Counted from the stretch's first letter, positions 39,434 through 52,352 are shown. The stretch is 64,000 nucleotides of DNA from Azolla caroliniana (GCA_043228905.1 JBHGNT010000018.1:17670001-17734000), one strand, 5' to 3'. Program-made: numbers and translations. Notes: generated by a model from the letters alone, not told the origin.

Positions 39434-41455
39434 GTGTGTGTGTGTGTGTAGGTACGTATCCATATGTAGATATGTTAGGGTCTAAATTGAATGTCTTGTA
39501 TCCTCCATTGTGTGTCTAGTAATATCTTTGACGTTTTCAACACACTCATCTTGCCTATTCCAATACATGAAAGAGAGAGAGTGCATGATTGTCTTCACAA
39601 TAGCACATTACCACTTATATAAAGCAAAAATTATCTTGTGAAGATTGTTCAAGAAAATCAAGAAAACGCAATTACAAAATTTATGCACGACATGCTAAAA
39701 TGTTTATTGTGGAAAACCCTCAAGGAGGTAAAACCGCAGGACCTAGTCCAAAACAATTTAAGAAGAAAGGTAAATTTTTCTCTTAACAATTTAAACCCAA
39801 CTAAAAAGACACAAAAACCACCAAAGACTCATGGCATGTGGAGGTGATGATGTCCAAAATGTCATCCTTTTATCATGCACTCAAAAACGTTAATGGAAAA
39901 GGCCAAGAAGAAGAGTATAAGCTCTCCTAAACCACTAATGGAGATGAAGTAGAAGAGGGAAGAGAAGAGAAGAGAAGAGAAGAGAAGAGAAAGTAACCCA
40001 AAACGTAGCTAATTGTCCAGGCACATCTTATCCCCATTTCTATATATATTTTTCTTCTTGTTTCGTCTTTTTTTATTTTACCTGTTTAAAAAAGGTTCAA
40101 AAATTTCCCTTTGGTTTTCTTGGATTTTTTTCCCCCAATTCTTAAAAACTTAACAGCCCCCCATTGAACATGGGCTTAATTTTTAGGCCCACGTTGGGTT
40201 GATTGGTCAATGGCCAAAACAAATTTTACCTTGTGGTGTTATTGTATCTATATACTCAAGTACTTCACTTGCAGAACTTGTGTATTACATTTCCATTATT
40301 AAACTTTTATGGCTTTCGTCGATAAACCCTAAACCCTTACTTCTTTGGTCGTGTTGTGATTGTCTTAAGTAGACCATGGATTGCTTTACTAAGCCATTGC
40401 AACCGTTTTAATCAAACCATTACTAAACCATGGTTAAGGTTATCTTACCTACAACTAACCATAGTTTTACTTCTCTTCATTAATTTAGAGAGAGAGAGAG
40501 AGAGAGAGAAATCTTAAGGAAGTTTCTTGGAAGGGAGAAAAATGGGTAAGAGACTAAGTTAGAAGAAGAAGAAAAAGAAGGAGAAGAAAGATGAATAAAA
40601 AAAATATTTTTAAATGAATATAAGATGTAAATAAAAACAAAATGAATAAAAGTATAAAAGGAAAAAAGGCAAAAACATAAACAATAATATGAAACAAAAT
40701 TTGATTAATTAATTCATGAAAACCTAAACATAACCCTAACAAGATCTGAAGAAACAAGAGATCAGTAGTAGTAGCCCTATCTATAACTCTATGAGTAGCC
40801 AGAACTTTTAACCCTAACCCTAACCCTAACCTCATCTCCATTTCTAGAAAAATGACAAAGCTAAATAAAGTCCCACATCTATGATTGAGAAGGTCAAATA
40901 CTTTAAAACACAATAAGGTTCAAAAAACCATCTATTTAATCCAAAAAGCATTACAACCACAAAGTACCTAAAAGTATACTTTCAAGTTTCAATCATGAGT
41001 GAAATTCCTAGGAAATCTGTTATGGAGTAGTTAAGAACTTAGGATTTGAGAAATTAAGGAAAAAGTTGTTGAAAGTAATTAGAGATATTAGTGGTCAAGT
41101 AGTTGACTGGATATTTATTTAAGAAGCTTGTGTTTGAACATAAAAAGATACATAAATGGAATGTCACTTATTTTAAGGATTTATGTATAAAATTAGGCAA
41201 TTGCTATCATTTTGGTGAGTTGTAAATTGATAAAGCATTAGATAAGTGAGTTGTAAATTGATAAATCAAGTTTTGAAGGTATATATACCTTCGAAACTTG
41301 ATTCAATATATACCTTCAAAACTTGATTTAATATATACTTTGAATGCTGATATCCTTTCATGGCAACAATTACATGAAAAACCCTTACTCCCCCCCCTTA
41401 TACCTCTTATTTAGAGGCTGTCTTCAGACTGGGGGGCATATGGAATGCAATCTGT

Positions 41456-41743
41456 CTACTCCACCTCGATCGGTAACCGATCGACCACAATCTTGCCATT
41501 CTTAACACCGATATAAATGTCGGGAGAGATGTCAATCCTAGGCGTTCTCGATCCATTCACTATGATGACAATGCCGAGTTCCGTCCACGAGTCCGAGTTC
41601 GGGAGCTTGATTGTCGTGCTAGATCTCCGGGCGATGCCCATGTTTTGGTCATGGAGAATCTGCGTGTTGCCGCGGCACTCCACCTCTATGGTGCAATGGC
41701 AATCGGAATCATTGTGTATGTTCACGGTTTGGCTATTCCCCAT
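41456..41743 (-). CDS. small (95 aa) protein of unknown function, family copy 3
   Basis: Intact ORF with GCCATGG start context; TATA boxes at 41874-41881 and 42051-42058. Confidence 0.8.
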   Translation of the reverse strand: MGNSQTVNIHNDSDCHCTIEVECRGNTQILHDQNMGIARRSSTTIKLPNSDSWTELGIVIIVNGSRTPRIDISPDIYIGVKNGKIVVDRLPIEVE

Positions 41744-42246
41744 GGCGGTTCGGGGCCGGAGCCGAATCCAAGGATGGAAAAGGGGCCACGGATTGATCAG
41801 AGGTCTAGGTCTTCAGGGGATAGAGGATGGAGATGGAGATGGAAGATGGAGATGGAAGATGGAGATTAACCACTTCTTATAGCAGACATACCACCATCTA
41901 CCACTTCATTTCTTGAAGTAAAACTCTTTTAAACATGAATGAAGACAGAAATGATTGATCCAGGGATGGAAAAGGAGGCACGGATTGATCAGAGGTCTAG
42001 GTCTTCAGGGGATAGAGAGATGGAAGATGGAGATGGAGGTGGAAGGCCACTTTTTATAGCAGAAATACCACCATCTACCACTCCATTTCTTTTTGTGTGC
42101 GCTCTTTTTCACCGTGTTTTAAGTGTTAAATCTCGTAGTTTTTTCATATGCTTTCTGTCTGATTCACTAACATTTTAAAGTAAAACCGAATGTTTTTTTG
42201 GATTCTGAAGATGCCCCTAGGGTTTTCTTTATTATTTCCATAAAAT

Positions 42247-42287
<41 letters not shown>

Positions 42288-43051
42288 CTATTTATCTGTC
42301 TATTTACCACCAAGGTAAGTTGTTAAGGCTATTAGCCCTACGTCTTGGGTTCGAAACCAATTTTTTCACCTCTCCACCTTTTGCTCTCATAGATCATATT
42401 TGACCTTGTAACACAATAATAAAATCTCTCTCTCTCTCTCTAGTAAAAGCACACAATTATATTAGATTGTACATAAATTTACCCTTAACTTCTTGGCATT
42501 CACCTGCCATCTGAATCTAATGCATTCGAAGAAAAAGTATTCCAATCAAAATCAAAATAGAGTAAGCACTTTTGACATTTTTTATAGAATCAAAATAGAG
42601 TTAGCACTTTTTTTATTATGTAGAAATGGGGGAAGAAATTGGTAGAAACAATTGTGCCCATTCAAAAAAGTTAGTGTTCACATTTGTTTCTCAATACGAA
42701 TCACAAGATTTGCATTGACACAATGACATATCAATCCTTATATATCCCTGGGTGCTCTAATTCAGAGTTGTTCCTAACCATTATGCTTTTTCAATTCGTA
42801 CCAAGTTCATAATTAGATGTGGACTCTGCACTAATATCAATGACCCTTATAAGCATAGGTGCCAATTTCTCTAAACTTGTTGGCTCTTTCCACCTAAGCA
42901 CCTTGAGGTTGTTATGTTTATTTAACCACACTTCCACTCACACTTAAATCAAGACTCATCAACTTCACTTAAAAGACTTAATCCATGTTAATTTGATTAA
43001 TTGCAGGTATGCAACATTTCACCTAGTATTGAAAATACATTCTCATGTATG

Positions 43052-43085
<34 letters not shown>

Positions 43086-44101
43086 TGTATGTATGTATGT
43101 ATGTATGTATGTATGTATGTGTGTGTGTGTGTAGGTACGTATCCATATGTAGATATGTTAGGGTCTAAATTGAATGTCTTGTCTCCTCCATTGTGTGTCT
43201 AGTAATATCTTTGACATTTTCAACACGCTCATTTTGCCTACTCCAATACATGAAAGAGAGAGAGTGCATGATTGTCTTCACAATAGCACATTACCACTTA
43301 TATAAGGCAAAAATTCTCTTGTGAAGATTGTTCAAGAAAATCAACAAAATACATTACAAAATTTATGCACGGCATGGTAAAATGTTTGTTGTGGAAAACC
43401 CTCAAGGAGGTAAAAACAATAGGACCTAGTCCAAAACAATTTAACGGGAAAGGTAATTTTTCCTCTAACAATTTAAACCCAACTAAAAAGACACAAAAAC
43501 CACCAAAGACTCATAGCATGTGGAGGTGCTGATGTCCAAAATATCATCATTTTATCATGCACTCAAAAACGTTAATGGAAAAGGCCAAGAAGAAGAGTAT
43601 AAGCTCTCCTAAACCACTAATGGAGAAGGCCATGGAGATGAAGTAGAAGAGGGAAAGAGAAGAGAAGAGAAGAGAAAATAACCCAAAACGTAGCTAATTG
43701 TTCCAGCACGTCTTATCCCCATTTCTATATACATTTTTCTTCTTGTTTCGTCTTTTTTATTTTACTTGTTTAAAAAAGGTTCAAAAATTTCCCTTTGGTT
43801 TTCTTGGATTTTTTCCCCCCAATACTTAAAAACTTAAGAGACCCCCATTGAACATGGGCTTAACTTTTAGGCCCACGTTGGGTTGATTGGTCAATGGCCA
43901 AAACAAAGTTTATCATGTGGTGTTATTGTATCTATATGTATACTCAAGAACTTCACTCGCAGAACTTGTGTATTACATTTCCATTATTAAACTTTTATGG
44001 CTTTCGTCAATAAACCCTAAACCCTGACTTCTTTGGTCGTGTTGTAACCGTCTTAAGAGATCATGGTTGGATTTACTAAGCCATTGCAACCGTTTTAATT
44101 A

Positions 44102-44384
44102 GCAAAAAGTACCAAGATACCCCTGGAAGTTTGTCTATTTACCAGAATGCCCCTGGAAGTTCCAAATTTACCAAACTACCCCTATGTCCAAAAAAATACA
44201 CTTTATAAAGTAAGTACAAAGGACCTAAAGAATCTCTTAAGGAAAGAAATTTGTTTTTGAAGGGTATTATGGTAAATAGGGCTTGTAGATTTGAGTGTAT
44301 AATTACTTTATAAAGTGTAGTTTTTTGGACATAGGGGTAGTTTGGTAAATTTGGAACTTCCAGGGGTATCCTGGTACTTTTCCC
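44102..44384. mobile_element. Mutator-like MITE, same family, independent insertion
   Basis: TIRs as at 35046, with a perfect 9-bp TSD TTTTAATTA. The empty site is present in units 1 and 2 (~36668, ~40406). Confidence 0.88.
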
Positions 44385-44464
44385 TTTTAATTATACCATT
44401 ACTAAACCATGGTTAAGGTTATCTTACCTACAACTAACCATGGTTTTACTTCTCTTCATTAATT

Positions 44465-44514
<50 letters not shown>

Positions 44515-45793
44515 TTAAGGAAGTTTCTTGGAAGGGAGAGAAATGGGTAAGAGACTAAGTTAGAAGAAGAAGAAAAAGAAGGAGAAGAAAGATGAATAAA
44601 AAAAATATTTTTAAATGAATATAAGATGTAAATAAAAACAAATTGAATAAAAGTATAAAAGGAAAAAAAGGAAAAACCATAAACAATAATATGAAACAAA
44701 ATTTAATTAGTTAAATCATGAAAACCTAAACATAACCCTAGCAAGATTTGAAGAAACAAGATATCAATAGTAGTAGCCCTATCCATAACTCTATGAGTAG
44801 CCAGAACTTTTAACCCTAACCCTAACCCTAACCCTAACCTCATCTCCATATGGACCTTTCTAGAAAAATGACAAGGCTAAATAAAGTCCCACATCTATGA
44901 TTGAGAAGGTGAAATACTTTAAAACACAATAAGGTTCAAAAAACCATCTATTTAATCCAAAAGGCATTATAACCACAAAGTACCTAAAAGTATACTTTCA
45001 AGTTTCAATCATGAGTGAAATTCCTAGGAAATCTGTTATGGAGTAGTTAAGAATTTAGGATTTGAGAAATTAAGGAAAAAGTTGTTGAAAGTAATTAGAG
45101 ATATTAGGGGTCAAGTAGTTGAGTGGACATTGATTTAAGAAGCTTGTGTTTGAACATAAAAAGATACATAAATGGAATGTCACTTATTTTAAGGATTTAT
45201 GTATAAAATTAGGCAATTGCTATCATTTTGGTGAGTTGTAAATTGATAAAGCATTAGATAAGTGAAACAAGGTGTTATAGAAGAAACTCACATGAATTGC
45301 CCAATACCACCACCACAATTTGCATAGTGTAAGGGAAAGGGCAAGTATGATCAATCAATCAAATATGATCTTTGAGCAAGTGATAGTGTGCAATATCTAA
45401 ATTTCATACACAAATACAAAGTTTATATTTGGGTACTCCAACCCCATATATATCTTACATCAATTCTCACTATCATCTTCAATAAATGAACAAATCTAGC
45501 GCATTGAACCTCAATTTAACACATATCCTCTTTTTCTCAAACATTTCAATGTGGACAAACACAATTTAATCAAAGAATGGCAATCCATCGGCACTACAAA
45601 TGGCAACACTTTAGTGCTGAGTGTTGAGTTTTCAATCAAATCCTTATCTTACACCATAAATATCCTTCACAAAGAAAGCTCCTTTCAAAGACTTGTTCAC
45701 ATCACACACCTTCCACATTTATAGTTAAAATGGGGACAAAAACACACGATCCAAATCAAGACAATAATATATTGATCAAAACATTATCCAAAC

Positions 45794-45877
45794 TTGTTTT
45801 ATGTTTGGACATAAAACAACCTTTGAATTAACCTAATTATTTATGTTTGGACATAAATAATTAGGTTAATTCAAAGG
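45794..45877. repeat. two adjacent perfect hairpins
   Basis: 45820-45877 has 27-bp perfect arms with a TTGG loop. 45794-45819 has 11-bp arms with the same TTTATGT-TTGG-ACATAAA core. Confidence 0.85.
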
Positions 45878-46680
45878 AGTTTGTGGAATGCAAGTATTAT
45901 TTTATGAATCGCCAGAAAATCAAAGGAAAGAGGACTTGCATTCTATAGTAGGAGCACTCGTCAAACTTCATCGAATACATGGGTTCGCCATTTTCTCTTG
46001 CTTTTTCCCCTTCCTTCTTTCGATGCTTTTGGTCAATCCAATGATGTTTGTCAACTTTTCTTTCTAGGAACCAACTTTTGTGTTTGTTTCGCTTTTCTTT
46101 ATGGGCAATCATTTTTTGTGTTCGTTGATTTGAGTTCCTACATCTAGTGCTTCTTTAATATCCCAACTCAATGGCAATTGTGACACTTTCTATATGATTG
46201 ATGACTTAATGTTGCAAAGGTAAAGTTTGGAATCTTGGATGTGGATGACATGCAAATTTGCAATGGAAACAAAGCCTTACAAGTACATGCTACCTTTTTG
46301 CTTTTTTGTGTTTTCCGTTTTTGAAAAGTCAAATGGTAGGTTTTGCTTTTTGCCTTGTTTTGAAAAGCCAAATGGGTAGGGTTTGATGGTTAGTAGTAGT
46401 AGTCTGTAGAAGAAGAAACCATAGAAAACAAAACAAACATAAGAAAACACACCACCAACAAAACAACACAAGAAGAGAATCCCGAGGCCTTCTTCCTACC
46501 CCCGACAACGAGAAGAAAACAAAACCGATGGTTCTGAATTCACAAGTTTCGGAGAGGAAGGGACCGGACGAAACCCACACCGAAAACACATACATCAAAA
46601 CACACCCAAGGCCTTGTACTTAACTACCATAATTACCAACCACCTTTCGAATGGCCGCCCGAGACACCATACATCTCCGC

Positions 46681-46929
46681 CTATGGAACCGAGGGATTTG
46701 GCATGACAACACAAAGATCCGGAGGAATGTCCGAGACACGGGACTTGAACCCATTCACTTCGATCTCGAGGACTGCCCATGATGGTGGGATATGGATCGT
46801 CCGGCTCGATTTCGGTGCGACCAAATCGGGCCCAGAGAGGCCCTGGGCATTGCCCCGGGATAACACCTCTACTTTGCAAGGGAAATCGGAGATATTGTGG
46901 ATGGTTACGGTTCGGCCGCGACGATCCAT
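46681..46929 (-). CDS. divergent paralog (82 aa) of the small protein family; C-terminus probably frameshifted
   Basis: TVTIHNISDFPCKVEVLSRGNAQ...APKSSRTIHIP...VNG...DIPPD aligns with TVNIHNDSDCHCTIEVECRGNTQ...ARRSSTTIKLP...VNG...DISPD. Confidence 0.72.
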   Translation of the reverse strand: MDRRGRTVTIHNISDFPCKVEVLSRGNAQGLSGPDLVAPKSSRTIHIPPSWAVLEIEVNGFKSRVSDIPPDLCVVMPNPSVP

Positions 46930-47410
46930 AGTAAGAAAGAATTCAGGTGAAGTCCAAAGGATAGGTCTTGGTATTAGAGTGATGATCAGCTAGGGTTCCT
47001 GGTAATGTTAGGGTTTCATTTTTCCTCACATAAATGGAAAACTCTCTCTCTCTCTCTCTCTAAAGGCAGGAAGTTTGTTCTAAAAATTTTGTGTGTTTTT
47101 CTGTGTAAAAGAGATCTACTTAAAGGAAGAAGGACCCGGTGCCTCGTGTTTGGCTAATAAACGCGTTTAGTTTTTGATGGGTGCTTTCACAAGCGGACAA
47201 CAAAGCCATACGAATTCTCGTGTCCGAATTTTGGTTGTGTGGTTTTTTTTTGCGTTGATCGTCCCTAGATGGCACCATGTTCACACACATGAATGTGTCT
47301 ACAGTGTGGGCGCCTGTGTATTTTTAGAGATGGGGGACACATGTAGCTTGACAATGGACACACACATATATGCATCTACAATGTGGGGAGAGACACATGT
47401 ATCTTCACAT

Positions 47411-47446
<36 letters not shown>

Positions 47447-48111
47447 CCACCCATAAACTTGGACAAGAACATATAATGTATCCTGACATGGACACACATG
47501 TATTTATGACATCTTCGTATTTGAAGACGAGAGACACATGCATTTGAACATGGACATATATTGATCCACATGTAAACATCGACACAAACATATAATGTAT
47601 CCTAAAAAGGACACATGTGTATCACAACTCCGATATGAACACGCACACACCCAATACACATGTACATATACATATACATGTGTGTGTGATCATAGATACA
47701 TTTGTAAACAGACCATATCATCATGGGGCCCACAATGCTCCCTTCAAAGGCATCACAACCGTAAAATATATGCACCCAGTTAGATTCTCATCCTAAACTC
47801 ACAAACTGACTAAACGATACAAGTGTAGTTAGAGGGCCCATGACAATGAATAGACATCAATAATATAATTTGCAAAACATATTCATTAAGCTTAACTTTT
47901 CAAACAAATTAATTGGATTTCTTGGGCAACAAGTTTTCGTTTTTTATAGCGAAGTTCTCGGCAACATCCATTTTTTTAGCATAAATATTGGTCGCAATTA
48001 TCTAAAACTTTCTTTGTGATAAATGGAAACAACATATTCCATTCCACTCGGAAGTCAATAATAATGAAGCCTCGACAATTCTTTCAAGATTAACAATAGT
48101 CATGTTGTGAC

Positions 48112-48360
48112 CATAGTTTGAACCATACGTATCATACGTGCATTCACATTAGAGTATGTTGCAATCATTTGAGATGGTCAACAGCCTTGAAGTATGATAA
48201 ATACCATACTTTTGTATTTATTATTTATTCTAAGGTAACTTTTTTAAGGTAAAAGTTAAGGTAAAAAACGTTTAAAAAAAGACATAAGTAGGCATGCATT
48301 CGTTTGCAAACATATGATAAAGAATGTTTCCAAATGCATTCGAGTATATTACGTACTATG
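48112..48360. mobile_element. hAT-like MITE related to 17977-18805
   Basis: CATAGT...ACTATG ends, 8-bp TSD GTTGTGAC/GCCGTGAC, and shared internal GATAAATACCATACTTTTG. Confidence 0.8.
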
Positions 48361-48941
48361 GCCGTGACCCCCTTATTGCAATGCTATTTGGATCATGTGT
48401 AAGGTTTGAAGTCTCCTTAGAAAGGAAACTGCTTTTTGGCGTTAAGAGCATTTGCATTTTGATAGAGAGAGGAATTCAATGGATTTGCTTGAAAGTTGAA
48501 AGGGAGAGGGAGAGAGGGAGAGAGGGAGAAAAAAGGAGGACACAGATTATAGACAAGTGATGATTGAAATACCAAAGAGATGTAAGAAAGAAAATATGCA
48601 TATAAAAATACGGAGTGTCTACTATATGTGTTACAACTTACGACCGTATAACAGTACATATGTTGTTATGTAATGAATCATGAGTCAACAATATTCCTTT
48701 CTAATTTAGACACCTAGCTAGTAAGTATCATGATTTAGTAATACATACAACATATAAAAAATATGTAATGAGCATTTCATTCTTTTATAACTCTTTATCC
48801 CAAGTTCTAATTTCTACTATCTATGTAAGTTCACTACTACTAGTGGGATAATGTAAAGGGACCAATGAACAAAAAGAGCAAAAGCTTTCCTAACTAATGG
48901 GAAAGTAGCTTCATTTTGGAAAAGAAGAAGAAGAGCAAAAG

Positions 48942-49001
<60 letters not shown>

Positions 49002-49514
49002 TGTGTGTGTGTGTGTGCGCGCGTGCGTGCGCATGCGTGTGTGGAGCTTCAAAACAAAGAAGTAGAGAATGAAAAGTACCTTCACTTAATACAACTTAAC
49101 ACAAGAGAGTTTGTATCCAAGAACACGACAGAGCCCATGTTTGATTTTACAAAAGCCTTGTACAACCCTCTCACCTTATCTTTTTTCTTTCTTTCTTCTA
49201 CCTTATTCCTTGTGCACAATTTTTGCTACTTCTTAAAATGTATTTCATTATTTTGTGTGTGTGGTTCTCGCTACTTAGTCTCCAAGTTATAGTTTATTTA
49301 TACCGATTGATCTTTAAGTTATACTATTAATGGTTGGGTTTAAAGATCTCCTCTAATCCAAACTAACTCATTGGACATACTCACACACATATTAGTACAA
49401 GTCCTACGAAATTGTAGGTTCAAGTCAAATCCCATCAATGGGGGGAGAGTAGGATTTGTGAACTATTTATTTTACTCACTTATTGTGTTTAGACATGAAG
49501 AAACATTATGGTGT

Positions 49515-50208
49515 TTTTTTTTTTTCCAAAATAAAGTTACTTTCCCATTAGTTAGGAAGGATTATTACAAGGAGACTATACAAGGAAGCTTATACACAAA
49601 ACGGGGAATCTCCCTCAGATCAAGATCAAGAAAATGAGACTACTTACATAGTTTTTCAAACCGACTACCTAAAGTAAGTAGATACCTATACCTAAAAGCA
49701 GTGGCCTTTAGTGTCGGCCAGAATGAGCCGACTCCCGGGGCCTACATCGAAGGGAGGGAGGCGTGAAAGAAGGAAATAACCATCGTGGGGGCTGGTAGTT
49801 CCACCTCGGTCCACTTTCTCCTAGCGTCACCATAGGCGTGTTCCGCCATTTCTGCCAAAAGCGCAACCGGGTAGTGGCCATGTCATTGGAGTGCTTGCAA
49901 ACCTCATCTAATTGCCCTCGTAGGCAGCTGATAAGCGCGAACTAGATATCCATGATCACTTCCTCTGGGGGTTGTACCCGATCTTGGAAAACCTTTAAGC
50001 ATCGTGCTTTCCAGACATACCATAAGGTGAAGCCCGCGATCAACCTCCAAATTTCCAGGAACCTGGGGGATGCGGACAACAAGTCTCTCTTGAAGCGGAT
50101 CTTGCCGATTTGGCCTCCCGTGCATACATAGCACCAAGTATCCTCATTAAAGGCGTCCGTCCACCTATCAGTCGAGAGGTCAATCCATGCCGCAGCACTC
50201 CACAAGGC
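49515..50208 (-). mobile_element. L1-like LINE 3' fragment with poly(A) tail
   Basis: EIWRLIAGFTLWYVWKARCLKVF resembles the LINE C-terminus at 14.2 kb; T-run at 49515-49525 on the plus strand. Confidence 0.75.
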
Positions 50209-50226
50209 TTTAGGGTTTAGGGTTTA

Positions 50227-50738
50227 GGGTCACAATTTAGGGTTTGCCTTACGGCTTTGCAAGGAGTGTGGGTCGATATACCGCTCGAATACGGAGCATG
50301 TCCACTCTTGATAGCAATGGGCCCCCCCGAACCCATTACTATCGTAGATGTAACCAGGACTTCCTGGGAGGTCACCCATCCCAGTATTGTTCTGGCTCAA
50401 GCACGCTTAACTTGCAATGCTTGAAGCATCCAAACAACCACAAAACTCATGGCATGTGAGTTGCCAAGGTAGGTAGGAATGTGCTACACATTGATCCCCG
50501 ACAAGTGGTTGGCGGTCACCCACAAGTGGATGGTATATCGATTGCAAACGTCACACCGGTTACAAGCGTGAACTACGCAACCACCAGAGGCCCGTGGTTA
50601 GCAGTCACCTCATGACGGCGGGTTCTACGCTCAGGTGTGATCCCTCCATAGTATATTAGGGTCACAATTTAGGGTTTGCCTTACGGCTTTGCAAGGAGTG
50701 CGGGTCGATATACCGCTCGAATACGGAGCATGTCCACT
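50227..50738. repeat. ~80-bp direct repeats (50227-50306, 50658-50738) bracketing the 5S-containing segment, preceded by (TTTAGGG)3
   Basis: AGGGTCACAATTTAGGGTTTGCC...GGAGCATGTCCACT occurs twice with one mismatch; telomere motif at ~50209-50230. Confidence 0.85.
50356..50412 (-). other. 5S rRNA-derived fragment (internal control region), not a full gene
   Basis: The minus strand reads AGTTAAGCGTGCTTGAGCCAGAACAATACTGGGATGGGTGACCTCCCAGGAAGTCCT, matching the plant 5S A-box/IE/C-box segment. The 5' half of 5S is absent. Confidence 0.85.
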
Positions 50739-52122
50739 AAGAAAGAGTTTTGAGTCACCCTAAGTCCACTAAGAAAGAGTTTGAAAATGTTCAATAACAT
50801 TTTCTTACAAAATTTCGCCAAGTCAAGAAATAAACTCACTGTGCCCCTTATATCTTTATAAAGACAGCTTCCAAAAGACATATAACACAATTTTATATTC
50901 CAATTAGATGCCAGATATAGAAAAAATGATTTATGAGATTGAGATGCAAAATACTTGCTTCATGAGTCTATAGAATCCTCAATGAATGAAACCTTTTTGC
51001 AATGCCAATTCGATATTTTACATTAGATTATTATTTTTAGTGTCCATAAAGAGGCCAATACGGATCCATAAGACTTGAGTACACAAGTCCTCTTGATGTG
51101 TGTCTTCTTCCTAAGAAGGAATTGTCAAACTTTAAAACAAAAAATCTTCATATGTGAATAAGGCATACATATATGAGCTCAACCTTCGAATTGTTCACTT
51201 TAGTATGACACCTCTTAATATGTCATTTCTTTTTGCTTTCTTGCATTGAGAAGTAATAGAGAAGAATCCACTATATTTTCTTTTGGTATCTTTGTATTTT
51301 GGTATTTTCCAACTCTAACGTTAAAATCTCTCATAATCTACACTTCATCAAGTTCCTCAAATAAAGGTATATTTGAACATAAGTATGTGAAAGGATCATC
51401 ATGTTCCAACACAATTCTCCGACAGTAAATTGGTTATTTATGAAGAATATAACATGCAACTATATAGAGTTTTCCTTTGCCTAAATTAAGCTCTTTCAAT
51501 TAACATCTCACACATAATCATCATAATTATATATTATTACATAAGTTTTCATGGTGAATATATGTTTTCCACATACGTCCAATATTCCCTTCGCAGTAAG
51601 GCCATATCAAGTTGATAAAGTAACTATCTATCTTAAGTATTCATGTTACCTCATGCTTCCAAGTCTCAACAAAAAATATAATCTTAGTGGCTTTGGCTAC
51701 ATAATATATTTTTCTTCTCGTTTCGTCTTTTTATTTTACATGTTTAAATTAAAGGAATGGAAAAAAAATTTCGAAAATCTCCCTTTTTGGGTGGTTTTCT
51801 TCTATTATTTGCCCCGATTCTTTAAAAAACGCAACACCCCTAACTGAACATAGGCTTAATTTTTAGGCCCACATTGACGTTGATTGATCCATGGCCAGAA
51901 CAATTCTTTACCGTGTGTTGTTATCGTGTATTGTTTTATATCTGTATATGTATTATGCATACATAACTCAAGACTTGTGTATTCCATTTCTATGTTTACA
52001 CTTTTTATAGCTTTCTTTGGCAATTCTTAGTTAGTTAGGGTTGTTCTTAGCTCATGTTGTAACTTGTAACCGTCTTATAGTTGGCTTTTACTAAACCATG
52101 GTTAAGGTTAGAAGAAGAAGAA

Positions 52123-52352
52123 AATAAAAAATAAAAATAAAAATAAAAATAAAAAATAAAAATAAAAATAAAAATAAAATAAAAATAAAATAAAAATAAA
52201 ATAAAAATAAAATAAAAATAAAATAAAAATAAAATAAAAATAAAATAAAATAAAATAAAATAAAAATAAAAATAAAAATAAAATAAAAATAAAATAAAAT
52301 AAAAATAAAAATAAAAAATAAATAAAAATAAAAAATAAAAAAAATAAAAAAA
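52123..52352. repeat. (AAAAT/AAAAAT)n low-complexity tract
   Basis: Direct reading; it explains the F/I/Y-rich spurious ORFs. Confidence 0.95.

Larger units (their letters stand above)
33976..45260. repeat. three ~3.7-kb tandem segmental duplication units, each carrying one small gene
   Basis: Gene offsets are 3683 and 3706 bp. 34.35-38.03 kb and 38.03-41.74 kb are nearly identical; 41.74-45.26 kb is colinear but more diverged. Confidence 0.93.

Noticed and set aside
50356-50412. Functional 5S rRNA gene
   Set aside because: Only about half the molecule is present, with substitutions and no array context.
50900-51690. Possible very degenerate copia RT/RNase H remnant
   Set aside because: Only scattered motif-like words are visible; the evidence is too weak to annotate without an HMM search.
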